Below, piece by piece: positions 36,469 to 46,653 of a DNA stretch of 64,000 bases. The notes beneath the pieces were generated by a model. The model ran no database searches. It had not been told where the DNA came from and saw nothing but the letters and a program-made list of their open reading frames with translations. Origin of the DNA: a virus (lineage: Duplodnaviria; Caudoviricetes); IMG/VR virus record IMGVR_UViG_3300032312_001422, positions 64,001 through 128,000 of that record; one strand, written 5' to 3'. Made by a program: the position numbers and the translations under genes. The stretch's first letter is position 1, and every line of letters begins with the position of its first letter.

Positions 36469-39400
36469 ATGGCAACTAGTTTAACTTGGGTGACACCACC
36501 AGGATCCATTGCTAATTTTTCAATTGGCAGTCCTTCCACTACCAAGTTAGTGGTAGCTGATACCAGCAATACTGGAGCCACATTAACTTATTATAAAATC
36601 AGCGGAGATCTGCCGCCTGGTTTAAGTTTAACTCCCGACGGAATTATTTCCGGAACTCCGCAGTATGCTACTTCATCAAATAATTATTTTATCTCTTTAG
36701 ACTACAATTTTATAGTCAGGGTGATCAGCAGTGATGGTCAAGTCTTAGATGGCAAATTTACCATAATTATTACTAATACTGTCAATCAAGACTTTCAATG
36801 GACAACACCCGAGGGTATTCTTGGAACAGTACCGAATGGCAATTTTTATTCGCTGACCGTGCAAGCCCAGAGTTCTGCCGGTTTAGGTATTACCTACAGT
36901 TTAGTTTCGGGAGAGTTGCCGCCCGGTATGCAACTTATATCGCAACGTGTGACCAAAACCATAACAGCCACACAATTTTCTACCAGTACCACAATGAAAG
37001 TATCAAACACTCAAACAATAAGTGTCAATGACTACGTGTTTGGCACAAAAATTGCTGCTGGTACTCGTGTAGCTGACATCAATACTGCAACCAATACGAT
37101 TACTTTGACCGTTGCCACTACCGGTGCTGTTGCAACAGGAGATATTGTAGATATTTACAGCCCAGGACTGCTACAGGGTGTACCAACCATACTTGATCCT
37201 ATCAAAGTCAATGAGTCACGAAGCTATAGATTTACTGTTCGTGCTACCAATAGTTTAAATCGTATCACCGACCGTGCTTTTAGTTTAAATGTGACCAACA
37301 TTTATGGTCCAATTATTGAACCAGAAACCACATTCCTTGGCAGTTATTTTGATGGCAATTTCTTTGATCAACAGTTGGAGGTAATACAATTAAATCCAGC
37401 TGTGGAAATTGAATGGGCTGTAACCAGTGGTCAACTACCCCCGGGACTGACCCTCAACAGCGTTGGGGCAATTACCGGCTATTTAGAGCCTGTGGAGTTA
37501 ATTGGACAATACGGTCCAAGTGGTTACGATGGTGAATCGATTGAAAATGGTGTTACTGTGGGACAACAAGAATACGATACTGGCCCATATCAGTTTAACC
37601 AACTCAGTCAAAATATAGCATACACTTTTACTGTACAAGCATTTGATGGCGCAAACTATGATTTACAAACCTATGTGATCAATGTGGTCAGTCGTCCCAA
37701 TTATACCGCCGACAGTGACCTTAGCATTGATGATACGTATCTAACAGTCGACTCGGGAAATGTGTATATTCCTGTGATACGTAATACTTCCACTATATTA
37801 CCTGTGGCTAGACAAGATGCATATTATGCTGCTAAAATTGACGGATACGATTTTGATGTCGGCACCGAAAATTTAATATATCGTATTGTCAATACCGCAG
37901 GTACCTATGATGGTAGTCCGTTTGATCCACTGAATCGAAATGATTTTAACAACGGGTTACCGGGTAGTTTTGACTTTGTTAGCACCACCGTATCAAATTT
38001 ACCCGGTGTCAATCTAGACAGCGATTCAGGATGGATCTTTGGAAAAATTAATAGTCAGACGTCGGCCTACGAAGAATTTGATTTTGGTATTGAAGTATGT
38101 AAAACTGTAGGTTACGGTACTGTTAGCAATATTAGATTATCAATTAATTCTAGTATCACCGTGAATACTACACAATTTGTTACACAGAGATTTGCCAACA
38201 GCGTTCCTGCTGCCAATTTATCTGTGTTGGCCAATGTCTCATCCTCAACAATTTATGTAACACCTGTCTCAGGAAATGTAACGTTGTTGGACAATAGTCT
38301 TTGGGTTGGTAACTCATCTTCGCTGAGTGCAAAGGTAACCGATTCTAGTTTTTATCAAGTTGAATACTGTAGCAGGCCCACATATTTTACTTTACCAGTG
38401 GTTGGAGATCCCAACAGTATTATCACCTGGACAAGTCCGCTAGACCTAGGTACCATTGACAATGGTACTGTTAGCGAATTACGTATTGAAGCTGTGAGTG
38501 CAATTGGCTCTGAAATTTCATATAGTTTAGTTGATGAAAGAGGCGTATCCTGTAGATTGCCACAGGGGTTGATATTGTTGTCCACTGGAGAAATTGCTGG
38601 AAGAGCCACGTTTGAATCTTTTAGCATTGATGATCACACAACCACATTTGATAATGAATTATTAGTTGTTGACAGAACTGCTACATTTAAGGTTAAAGCT
38701 GAAACAGTTGATGGAAGTGCATCCAGTACCAGAACATTTACATTAAAATTAAATGTTATAGACACCGAACCATACGAAAATCTTTATTTAAAAGCCATGC
38801 CATCGGTCAGCAAAAGACAAATGTATAACGCATTAACTTCAGATTCTGATATATTTAACAACGCTTCAATTTATAGACCCAATGATACAAATTTTGGTGT
38901 ACAAAAAGATTTAACAATGTTGTTCTTACCGGGGCTAACTCCTAGTGAATTGACAGAATATCAAACTGCCATGACACAAAATCATTTTACTAAAACATAT
39001 ACGTTTGGCAATATAAAAGTAGCCTACGTACTAGACGTTGCGTACGGAATCAAATATGAGGTTGTTTATGTAGAGGTGGTAGATCCAGGCGAAAATGAAC
39101 TTGGCTCTGGGCCAGCACAATCTACAGATTTAAGTGGTATCATTGACAATCCCTACATTGACCAAAACGGAACCGCATACGATATTATCTATCCCAACAG
39201 TTCAGAAAATATGACACGTAGAATGGAAGAGATCATTGGATATCAAGATCAGAGTAGTTTGCCACCCTGGATGATCAGTAATCAACCTGATGCCACAACT
39301 GCCACAGGCTTTACTATTCCATTGGGCTATACCAAAGCTGTTGTGATTGCCTATGCTCAACCTGGCCAGGGAGAAAAAATTGCTTATAAGATTCGTAAAT

Positions 39401-40179
39401 CAAATTTTGATTTTAATCAGATCGAGTTTACAGTAGATCGTTATCAACTCGATAATTATTATAGTTCCAATTACAATATCAGCACAGAAACATATATTAG
39501 AGATAGAGAAACCACATTTGATAGTGATCAAAACATCAACGTTGGTACTATTGTGGCTTCAGTAACTTACGCAGTTAGTATACCCTACAATCAAATCAAT
39601 GGTCGACCCATTGAATATATTCTTGCCAATGGCGGCATTGATGGCGTTGATAATTTTGCCGACGGCGAAACTATAATCTTTACCAAACAAGAACAATTTG
39701 AAGATCCGGGACCATACGACGGATGGGTAGATTATTCAGCTTCGTACATTGGTGACAATACCGAAACTGCGGTAGTAGAGGGGTACGACTCAGGATCATA
39801 TGATACCTATACTATTGTACCTGGATTTTTAGAAAAGAGTCAAGGCACATCAGCTGTTAACCGTCGCGGTGGAATATGGCGTATCAATATCATTGGTGGT
39901 ATAGTTAATTTGACATTTGTACAAGAAATCACTGTGTACGAACGTGTGCGAATACTGTTTGGTAAAACATTATCAAGTGCTATATTAACCTATAGCTTGG
40001 ATTTAGCTCCAGGACAAACAGTACCATTTTACAAGGTGTTTATAAGTAATCCGGCGCTGAGAATTAGAACAACATTTAACAATGATACAACCAAATTCTT
40101 TACTCTTAGAGATCAATATTACGAGCCCGGAAGTGAAGATAAATATGTTAAATTCCCACAATATGGAGTGTTTACTTAA
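36469..40179 (+). CDS. large baseplate/wedge-like structural protein with putative Ig (He_PIG-like) repeats
   Basis: Repeated G-x-LPPGL-x-L-x-x-x-G-x-I-x-G motifs. Confidence 0.7.
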   Translation: MATSLTWVTPPGSIANFSIGSPSTTKLVVADTSNTGATLTYYKISGDLPPGLSLTPDGIISGTPQYATSSNNYFISLDYNFIVRVISSDGQVLDGKFTIIITNTVNQDFQWTTPEGILGTVPNGNFYSLTVQAQSSAGLGITYSLVSGELPPGMQLISQRVTKTITATQFSTSTTMKVSNTQTISVNDYVFGTKIAAGTRVADINTATNTITLTVATTGAVATGDIVDIYSPGLLQGVPTILDPIKVNESRSYRFTVRATNSLNRITDRAFSLNVTNIYGPIIEPETTFLGSYFDGNFFDQQLEVIQLNPAVEIEWAVTSGQLPPGLTLNSVGAITGYLEPVELIGQYGPSGYDGESIENGVTVGQQEYDTGPYQFNQLSQNIAYTFTVQAFDGANYDLQTYVINVVSRPNYTADSDLSIDDTYLTVDSGNVYIPVIRNTSTILPVARQDAYYAAKIDGYDFDVGTENLIYRIVNTAGTYDGSPFDPLNRNDFNNGLPGSFDFVSTTVSNLPGVNLDSDSGWIFGKINSQTSAYEEFDFGIEVCKTVGYGTVSNIRLSINSSITVNTTQFVTQRFANSVPAANLSVLANVSSSTIYVTPVSGNVTLLDNSLWVGNSSSLSAKVTDSSFYQVEYCSRPTYFTLPVVGDPNSIITWTSPLDLGTIDNGTVSELRIEAVSAIGSEISYSLVDERGVSCRLPQGLILLSTGEIAGRATFESFSIDDHTTTFDNELLVVDRTATFKVKAETVDGSASSTRTFTLKLNVIDTEPYENLYLKAMPSVSKRQMYNALTSDSDIFNNASIYRPNDTNFGVQKDLTMLFLPGLTPSELTEYQTAMTQNHFTKTYTFGNIKVAYVLDVAYGIKYEVVYVEVVDPGENELGSGPAQSTDLSGIIDNPYIDQNGTAYDIIYPNSSENMTRRMEEIIGYQDQSSLPPWMISNQPDATTATGFTIPLGYTKAVVIAYAQPGQGEKIAYKIRKSNFDFNQIEFTVDRYQLDNYYSSNYNISTETYIRDRETTFDSDQNINVGTIVASVTYAVSIPYNQINGRPIEYILANGGIDGVDNFADGETIIFTKQEQFEDPGPYDGWVDYSASYIGDNTETAVVEGYDSGSYDTYTIVPGFLEKSQGTSAVNRRGGIWRINIIGGIVNLTFVQEITVYERVRILFGKTLSSAILTYSLDLAPGQTVPFYKVFISNPALRIRTTFNNDTTKFFTLRDQYYEPGSEDKYVKFPQYGVFT

Positions 40180-40500
40180 ATGGCATCAACTATAAACTCA
40201 AACAACATTGACATTACTTACCCAATAGCCGGGCAAGACAATGACACACAGGGTTTTAGAGATAATTTTAGAAATATTAGAAATAATCTAAACACCGCAA
40301 GACAAGAAATTACTGAATTACAAGATGATGTGGCATTAACACCAAAAGTTACTTACATTACCGGTAACGTGGGCAACGTCAGCTATCCCGCCAGTGCCAG
40401 CAGTTCCGGCACAGTGGGACAAATAGCCTGGACCAGTCAGCATTTGTATGTGTGTATTGCGACCAATTCCTGGGTCCGAGCAAATGTAAGCACCTGGTAA
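40180..40500 (+). CDS. small structural protein, short paralog of 40538
   Basis: YPIAGQDNDTQGFRDNF N-terminus and GQIAW...LYVC..TNSW C-terminus. Confidence 0.75.
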   Translation: MASTINSNNIDITYPIAGQDNDTQGFRDNFRNIRNNLNTARQEITELQDDVALTPKVTYITGNVGNVSYPASASSSGTVGQIAWTSQHLYVCIATNSWVRANVSTW

Positions 40501-40537
40501 ACGGCTTCATAAATATACAATAATTAGGATAAGATAA

Positions 40538-41755
40538 ATGGCATCAAGAATCGTTCCAACCAACATCGACGGTACATTTCCCGTAGCCGGACAGGACAAC
40601 TCCAGTCAGGGATTTCGTGACAACTTTACCAATACCAAAAATAACTTTACATTTGCTCGCAATGAAATCAGCGATCTGCAGAGCAAAGCTCTTTTAACTG
40701 CGGCATTGGATGGGTCAACTCTCAACAATGACATGGCCGGTACACAACTTATTCGTCCACAGCTCAAGGCATGGACACAGGCTCTAGTAGACCTGGGCAG
40801 TATCAGTGGTACTGCCACAGTAAATTTCACTGTGGGCAATTTTCAAAAGATTACTGCTGCTGGTGCAGTGACCCTGGCTTTAAGTGGCTGGCCTTCTGTA
40901 GGCACAGCTGGCGGTTACGGTGCTGTGCGTGTGTGGATTGTGATTTCTGACTATACCACACAAACATTAACATTACCTGCTTCAGTCAATATTGGTGTCA
41001 ATGATATCAGTGGATACTCTAGTAGCGCCAGTGCTATCACATTTGATGCCAACGGCAACTACATTTTTGATTTTAGCAGTATCGACGGCGGATCAACATA
41101 CTTTATTGCTGATCCAATGCGTAACCGTAGCACACTTCGCGGCAATACATCAGTCACCGGAAATTTAACCATTATTGATGCCACTGTCAGTTCTCGTAGT
41201 AGTGTGGTAATCACTGGAGATAGTACAGGCAATATTCTATTACCTCAAAACAATGGCGTCATGTTACACATCACTGGCCAGACTGCTACACCAGCACGTC
41301 TTTACCTAGACGGACAAGGCTCGGGCAACTATGCAGCCTTTGTGGGTCGTCGTTATAATGGTAATGTAAGTGTTCCTACTGCAATTAATAGTGGAGATAT
41401 TGTAGCACGTTTTGGTTCTACACCTTATCACGGCAATGCGGCAGTCAACAGTGGTTGGCCCACTATCACTACCACCCGTATTGACATGCTGGCCGATGAA
41501 AATCAAACAGTGGCCAATATTGGTAGTCGTTTAGAATTCTACACCACCAATACACAAACAACCACAGCAGTCAAAAAACTTACCATTAATACCGCAGGTA
41601 TTGTGGCCAATGCTAACTTGTTTGTAGCCAACACCTTTGTACCGACTAGTTCTACTTCGGGTGGTGCTGCTGGACAAATCAGTTTTGATTCGGGCAATGT
41701 GTATATTTGCCTAGGACCAAACAACTGGAAGAAAGCCACGTTGAGCACATTCTAA
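40538..41755 (+). CDS. tail-fibre-like structural protein
   Basis: FPVAGQDNSSQGFRDNF; GQISFD...VYIC..PNNW; late promoter at 40510. Confidence 0.75.
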   Translation: MASRIVPTNIDGTFPVAGQDNSSQGFRDNFTNTKNNFTFARNEISDLQSKALLTAALDGSTLNNDMAGTQLIRPQLKAWTQALVDLGSISGTATVNFTVGNFQKITAAGAVTLALSGWPSVGTAGGYGAVRVWIVISDYTTQTLTLPASVNIGVNDISGYSSSASAITFDANGNYIFDFSSIDGGSTYFIADPMRNRSTLRGNTSVTGNLTIIDATVSSRSSVVITGDSTGNILLPQNNGVMLHITGQTATPARLYLDGQGSGNYAAFVGRRYNGNVSVPTAINSGDIVARFGSTPYHGNAAVNSGWPTITTTRIDMLADENQTVANIGSRLEFYTTNTQTTTAVKKLTINTAGIVANANLFVANTFVPTSSTSGGAAGQISFDSGNVYICLGPNNWKKATLSTF

Positions 41756-41777
41756 TCCAAAAAGAACCAAAAACCCA

Positions 41778-41806
41778 TTGACTCCTTGTGATAATTGCTA
41801 TATAAT
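41778..41806 (+). promoter_or_regulatory. sigma70 promoter
   Basis: TTGACT-17bp-TATAAT. Confidence 0.8.
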
Positions 41807-41826
41807 TATACAAGGAGTCGTTTATT

Positions 41827-42063
41827 ATGCATCCATTATTGCCAGATTTATCTAAATTGACCTTAGATGAGCTCAACAACAAATACGGAGATTTGCTCAA
41901 ACGTATTACCTATGCTTATCAAATTGGACAACCAGCCATGGTTCAGCAATTACAGATGCTGATGCAAGACTACCAGGCAGAAATACAAGTTCGTAATGCC
42001 AAGGCGCTGCAGGACATGGAAAAACAATCCAAACAATTTAAAAACATCATAGACATTCAATGA
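41827..42063 (+). CDS. small coiled-coil protein
   Basis: AAGGAG RBS. Confidence 0.8.
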   Translation: MHPLLPDLSKLTLDELNNKYGDLLKRITYAYQIGQPAMVQQLQMLMQDYQAEIQVRNAKALQDMEKQSKQFKNIIDIQ

Positions 42064-42584
42064 AGTTTGATGCCTACGGACAATTGGTTATCACAGGCGA
42101 TGAGCTGGTGGATGAACTGTATCGCAATCCCGATCTCCGGATTGAAAATTTTAGTATCACAGATCCTGAGTCGTACAATCATTCAGTACAGAAGTTGCAT
42201 TTAAATTTTCCTTTGTTAAAAAAGTATTTGCCACTGGATTACAGAGAGGAAGTTCCGCAAGAACTTTTTGATCATGTTCAGCAATCCGCATGGCACATGC
42301 CTGCAGAGTATTTGGAACTTGACATAGCCCAACACATTTTAGATTTGTGTAGCACCCAAGAAGAACTGCAACGAGTGGGTCAAGAACTATTGCTGTATCA
42401 AGAACGTGACTTGTTTAACCTGTTGCGTTACTTGAAATACTTTGTTGATACCATGCGTAAGAATGAGGTAGTGTGGGGATTAGGACGTGGATCAAGTGTG
42501 GCCAGTTACATTTTGTATCTATTAGGTGTACACAAAATCAACAGTTTGTATTATGATCTTCCGATCGAAGAATTTTTAAAATAA
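42060..42584 (+). CDS. dnaE: DNA polymerase III alpha (DnaE) fragment
   Basis: RVGQEL...YFVDTMRKNEVVWGLGRGSSVASYILYLLGVHKINSL..DLPIEEFL; ends before the catalytic PDxD motif. Confidence 0.8.
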   Translation: MKFDAYGQLVITGDELVDELYRNPDLRIENFSITDPESYNHSVQKLHLNFPLLKKYLPLDYREEVPQELFDHVQQSAWHMPAEYLELDIAQHILDLCSTQEELQRVGQELLLYQERDLFNLLRYLKYFVDTMRKNEVVWGLGRGSSVASYILYLLGVHKINSLYYDLPIEEFLK

Positions 42585-42623
42585 ACTACGCCGTTTATAA
42601 ATAGTGAATATAGGAGAAGCACA

Positions 42624-43079
42624 ATGACAAAAGTATACAAAACAGCTCGCGGTAAAACCATTGACATGGACAAGGTCAAACTGGCCAACGAAACAGTCAA
42701 TGCTGTGGGCAATATGAAAGTTAATGCCCGTGGAGACCGACTTGGTGGCGGTGGCAAAGTTGTTGCTGGACGCAATCAAGTGATGGATCAGGTTTATGCT
42801 GTAAATCCTGCGCCTGCTAGACGCACCGGCGGATACAGCCCCAACGATCCGGCGGTGTATGCTCAACAACAATCTTTGGTTGAAAGTAATCGTGCCAAAG
42901 AGTTGCATGATCTGGCAACCAATCTAGTACAACCAACTTCAATTGAACCTGTGGAATCCACAGAACCTGCGGTTCCCGCAGCACGTGGTAGCTTGGCCAG
43001 TAGTGTGGCAAAACCTGCTGTGGTCAAGCAAGAGCCTATGCCAAATCCAAAAACATCAAACGGACCTACAAGAATCTAA
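42624..43079 (+). CDS. hypothetical protein
   Basis: TATAAATA at 42596-42603 and AGGAG RBS. Confidence 0.75.
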   Translation: MTKVYKTARGKTIDMDKVKLANETVNAVGNMKVNARGDRLGGGGKVVAGRNQVMDQVYAVNPAPARRTGGYSPNDPAVYAQQQSLVESNRAKELHDLATNLVQPTSIEPVESTEPAVPAARGSLASSVAKPAVVKQEPMPNPKTSNGPTRI

Positions 43080-43081
43080 TT

Positions 43082-43453
43082 ATGTTTAAACCCATCAAAG
43101 TAACTTCAATCAAAGCATTAAATGATCATGTGTTAGTGGCTGACATGAATTTCAAAGAACGACAGTTGTCCAGCGGAATTTATCTGTTGAACGATGATTC
43201 TCGCACAGCCGGTATTCGACCACGCTGGGCCAGAGTCTATGCCACCGGACCTGAGCAACAGGATATTCAAATTGGGCAATGGATTCTGGTAAGCCACGGT
43301 CGATGGACTCGAGGTGTTACCATTGAAGATGCCGCAGGCGAAGTTACTATTCGTCGTATTGATCCTAACGACATTTTGCTAGTATCAGATTCCGAACCCA
43401 GTGATGACAGTCTAAGTAGTGCTGTATTAAAAGACCATGTGGATCGCTGGTAA
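43082..43453 (+). CDS. groES: GroES/Cpn10-like co-chaperonin
   Basis: IKALNDHVLV...SSGIYL...VYATGP...DILLV. Confidence 0.8.
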   Translation: MFKPIKVTSIKALNDHVLVADMNFKERQLSSGIYLLNDDSRTAGIRPRWARVYATGPEQQDIQIGQWILVSHGRWTRGVTIEDAAGEVTIRRIDPNDILLVSDSEPSDDSLSSAVLKDHVDRW

Positions 43454-43465
43454 TACCTAGCTGAC

Positions 43466-43690
43466 ATGGGATTTCGCAAACCAGATATTAACTCGGCATA
43501 CTCTGCCATACGTACCAGTTTGAGTGAAATACGTTCGCCGTACAACGATGGATGGACAAGTAGTTCTTGCAAACACGAACTGTATATGTTAAAATGTTGG
43601 CTAGAAGAAGAATACAGTCAGTTACCAAAATTTGTCGGGGAAGAGCAATGGGAACAGGAAAGAGTAGTAGACATACTCAAAAACAGGTAA
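43466..43690 (+). CDS. small hypothetical protein
   Basis: ORF in operon context. Confidence 0.65.
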   Translation: MGFRKPDINSAYSAIRTSLSEIRSPYNDGWTSSSCKHELYMLKCWLEEEYSQLPKFVGEEQWEQERVVDILKNR

Positions 43691-43857
43691 GTAGCAAACC
43701 ACCACGTTGTAGTTTATGCAAACAACAATACACTCCTGCATGTGATTTTATGCAAGGGCGTTGTCCTCACCATCCAAGTATGGTCAATCAAATTCTATCT
43801 AGCCCATACAAAACACGGTTTTATAATTTAATTAAATTTTTTAAAGGCAATAAATGA
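43648..43857 (+). CDS. small Cys/His (Zn-finger-like) protein
   Basis: CSLC...CDFMQGRCPHH; start uncertain. Confidence 0.55.
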   Translation: MGTGKSSRHTQKQVSSKPPRCSLCKQQYTPACDFMQGRCPHHPSMVNQILSSPYKTRFYNLIKFFKGNK

Positions 43858-44771
43858 AAGAACTCTGGACAGAAAAATATAGACCCAAAACAGTTGGTGA
43901 TTATGTGTTCACTGACGCTAATCAACGTCAACAGGTTGATGCATGGATCAAGGAAGGTGCTATTCCGCATATCTTACTAAGCGGTAGTCCAGGCACAGGT
44001 AAAACCACACTAGCCAAGGTATTGATCAATGAACTCGGAATTGAAGACTACGACACTCTCCACATCAACGCTTCAAGAGATAATGGAGTCGACTTTATTA
44101 AAACCCGAGTGGAAGGTTTTGTTAGTACAATGCCATTTGGTGCGTTCAAAGTGGTCCTTCTTGACGAAGCCGACTATCTGACACACAACGCACAGGCTAT
44201 CATGCGTGGACTTATGGAAACATATCAAGAGTCAGCACGTTTTATCCTCACTTGCAACTTGCCACACAAGATTATTCCAGCATTGCACAGTCGTTGCCAA
44301 GGATTCCACATTGACAAAAGTGATATCACGGAGTTTACTGCTCGTACTGCCACAGTATTGGTTACCGAAGGTGTGGAGTTTGACCTAGATACTTTAGATA
44401 GTTATGTCAAAGCCACATATCCAGACTTACGCAAGTGCCTGAACTTGCTACAAGCTAACTCAACCACTGGCACATTATCAACTCCAGGCGAAAACGATCG
44501 CGGTATCAAAGATTGGAAACTGGATGCCGTTACCTTGTTCAAGGCAGGCAAGATCACAGAAGCACGTAAGAGTATTTGTAGTCAGGCCGCCGGTGAAGAC
44601 ATGGATGAAATTTTCCGTTGGATGTACGACAACCTGGAATTGTGGTCAAAAGATCCAGCCAAACAAGATGAGGCGATATTGGCCATACGCAAAGGCCTGG
44701 TCAATCATACCATGTGTTCAGATCCAGAGATTAATTTAAGTGCCACCCTTATTGAACTTACACAACTATGA
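43854..44771 (+). CDS. sliding-clamp loader AAA+ subunit (T4 gp44/RFC-like)
   Basis: WTEKYRP, GSPGTGKT, LDEAD, SRC. Confidence 0.95.
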   Translation: MKELWTEKYRPKTVGDYVFTDANQRQQVDAWIKEGAIPHILLSGSPGTGKTTLAKVLINELGIEDYDTLHINASRDNGVDFIKTRVEGFVSTMPFGAFKVVLLDEADYLTHNAQAIMRGLMETYQESARFILTCNLPHKIIPALHSRCQGFHIDKSDITEFTARTATVLVTEGVEFDLDTLDSYVKATYPDLRKCLNLLQANSTTGTLSTPGENDRGIKDWKLDAVTLFKAGKITEARKSICSQAAGEDMDEIFRWMYDNLELWSKDPAKQDEAILAIRKGLVNHTMCSDPEINLSATLIELTQL

Positions 44772-45133
44772 AAATTAAAGACCTACACCTAGTGGCATTT
44801 TATGTACAGAAACCTCGTCCAGGAGTGCAAACACAGATTGCTGGATGGAACAAGAATCCTGACAATTATCAATACGACGAACGCATTGAATTTACCAAAG
44901 GCCTGACCAGCAAAGATAGTCAGTACGCAGGCATAGTACTAAATCTCAGTAAAAAAACTGTAGTGCAAAACAGATACAACGCTGAACAGCGAGACTTTGA
45001 TGGTTTGTTCAAGTATTTCTTAGAAGCCTATCCCAAGTATGTGATCAATGTAATGGCACAGTTGGATATGCCTTACTTGGAACAATTTATCCCCAAAGAA
45101 GAAACCAAAGATGAAGAAGTACCGGCTCAGTGA
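44768..45133 (+). CDS. hypothetical protein
   Basis: ATGA-coupled ORF. Confidence 0.75.
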   Translation: MKIKDLHLVAFYVQKPRPGVQTQIAGWNKNPDNYQYDERIEFTKGLTSKDSQYAGIVLNLSKKTVVQNRYNAEQRDFDGLFKYFLEAYPKYVINVMAQLDMPYLEQFIPKEETKDEEVPAQ

Positions 45134-45434
45134 CAGCGGTGACCGTGGCTGGTTTGTAGGAGATTTCCCCAAGGCCGTAATACGCACAAAAGAATTTGAA
45201 GTATGTTGGCAAGGCAATCCGGCCGGTGCAGTAGATACTCCGCACTATCACAAAGTGATCACAGAGTTACAATTGATCACAAAAGGTCGCATGATAATCA
45301 ACGGAGAAGAATTTGGACCCGGGGATATCTATGTCAGTGAACCAGGCGAACATTACCACGCACACTATCTTGAAGATACTGAAGTTGTAGCGATAAAATT
45401 ACCTTCTTTACCCGCAGATAAATATTACATATGA
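45111..45434 (+). CDS. cupin-domain protein
   Basis: PHYHKVITE...GDIYVSEPGEH. Confidence 0.8.
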   Translation: MKKYRLSDSGDRGWFVGDFPKAVIRTKEFEVCWQGNPAGAVDTPHYHKVITELQLITKGRMIINGEEFGPGDIYVSEPGEHYHAHYLEDTEVVAIKLPSLPADKYYI

Positions 45435-45673
45435 GCTTACTTGATATGTACAAGGTCAAAAAGAAACGGGCTGTGGATCCCAATGCTCCGCCACGTCCCA
45501 ATTTGCTTAACCACGAAAAACGTCTCAAAGAAGCCACTGTTACAGTAGAACAATTACAGCAACAGAATCATGAGCTACGAGGTCGATTAGACCGTTTAGA
45601 ATCAAAATTGACCAATCAAACTGCTTACCTTAACAGTTTACATCAATACGTGGCTAGATTTAAAAAAGGTTAA
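45431..45673 (+). CDS. small coiled-coil protein
   Basis: Heptad-rich sequence. Confidence 0.7.
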   Translation: MSLLDMYKVKKKRAVDPNAPPRPNLLNHEKRLKEATVTVEQLQQQNHELRGRLDRLESKLTNQTAYLNSLHQYVARFKKG

Positions 45674-46566
45674 TATCCGCCTAGGGTTGGATTTGTGGTG
45701 TATTGTAGTGCCCAATCCAATTGCATAGCAAACTTTTCGTTAGACCCAGCTTGAAAATGATCAACAAATTCTCTGGGATCAGGGAATGTATCTGTTATCA
45801 TCCACTGATTGTTATATCCCATTTCGTTATGTAAATTGTTAACTAAGTCTTTGAGATTAGCAACAGTCCACGAGTTGAGTTCTTTTTCATTTCTAATTAG
45901 ATAAGTTCGTTTATCAAGATGTAAAAAATCAGTTACGTGGTATTTGCCTGGGTGAGAGCGCCAAGGCAATATGATAGCAGGTATTTTTAATGCGTGAGCC
46001 AAATGACATACACCGCCTTCGTATCCTATAACAAAATCACATAGTTCATTTAATATAAAAACTTTATGTTCGGCTGAAATATCTCTACTGTCAATGATTA
46101 TAGGATCATATCCAGCTGACTGTACTAAATCTAAGATAGTATTGTAAGTTTCTTTGGTATGAAACTTTATAAATGGATACGGATCATCTCTACCTTGTAT
46201 GTTGTTAAAGAATTTGTCGTCCTTGATATAGTTACCATCATTGATTAATATTGCCGCAGATCGTTTACCCCGACGACCAACAGGCAAAGTTTGCCCAAAC
46301 GCTGTTATATACTCAAATTGATCATATCTGCTGAATATTTTAAAACTTTCTAAATGTTTTGGGTGCGGAGGATTTGGCCACATGGTAGAACCTGCAACAG
46401 GCTCAAGTTGAATTTGGTTGCCTATGTTAAAAATACGCTTCCAGGTCGTGTACCACGAATCTATACTTGTGGTTATATGAATTGGTTGGTTTAGGCTGTT
46501 AAACAAACACATGGCTATAAGCGTGTCACCCATGGCATGCCCACCGTGCAAATATAATCGAATCAT
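45670..46566 (-). CDS. glycosyltransferase family 9-like (GT-B)
   Basis: GHAMGDTL and CDFVIGYEGGVCHLAHALKIPAIIL; ATG 46566 after a minus-strand TAAATA. Confidence 0.65.
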   Translation of the reverse strand: MIRLYLHGGHAMGDTLIAMCLFNSLNQPIHITTSIDSWYTTWKRIFNIGNQIQLEPVAGSTMWPNPPHPKHLESFKIFSRYDQFEYITAFGQTLPVGRRGKRSAAILINDGNYIKDDKFFNNIQGRDDPYPFIKFHTKETYNTILDLVQSAGYDPIIIDSRDISAEHKVFILNELCDFVIGYEGGVCHLAHALKIPAIILPWRSHPGKYHVTDFLHLDKRTYLIRNEKELNSWTVANLKDLVNNLHNEMGYNNQWMITDTFPDPREFVDHFQAGSNEKFAMQLDWALQYTTNPTLGGY

Positions 46567-46592
46567 GCTGTTATTTACATGACTGTAGGTAG

Positions 46593-46621
46593 TTGACAAA
46601 TAAATCCATTTATGCTATAAT
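46593..46621 (+). promoter_or_regulatory. sigma70 early promoter of the cassette family
   Basis: TTGACA-aataaatccatttatgc-TATAAT. Confidence 0.88.
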
Positions 46622-46653
46622 TACAGTATGAAAATGGATAATAAGCGACCCAA

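Noticed and set aside
42582-42626. Readthrough or frameshift joining the DnaE fragment to ORF 42624 (same frame, single TAA, T-TTA-AAA slippery-like site)
   Set aside because: The downstream ORF has its own TATAAATA box and AGGAG RBS and shows no DnaE motifs (no PDxD).
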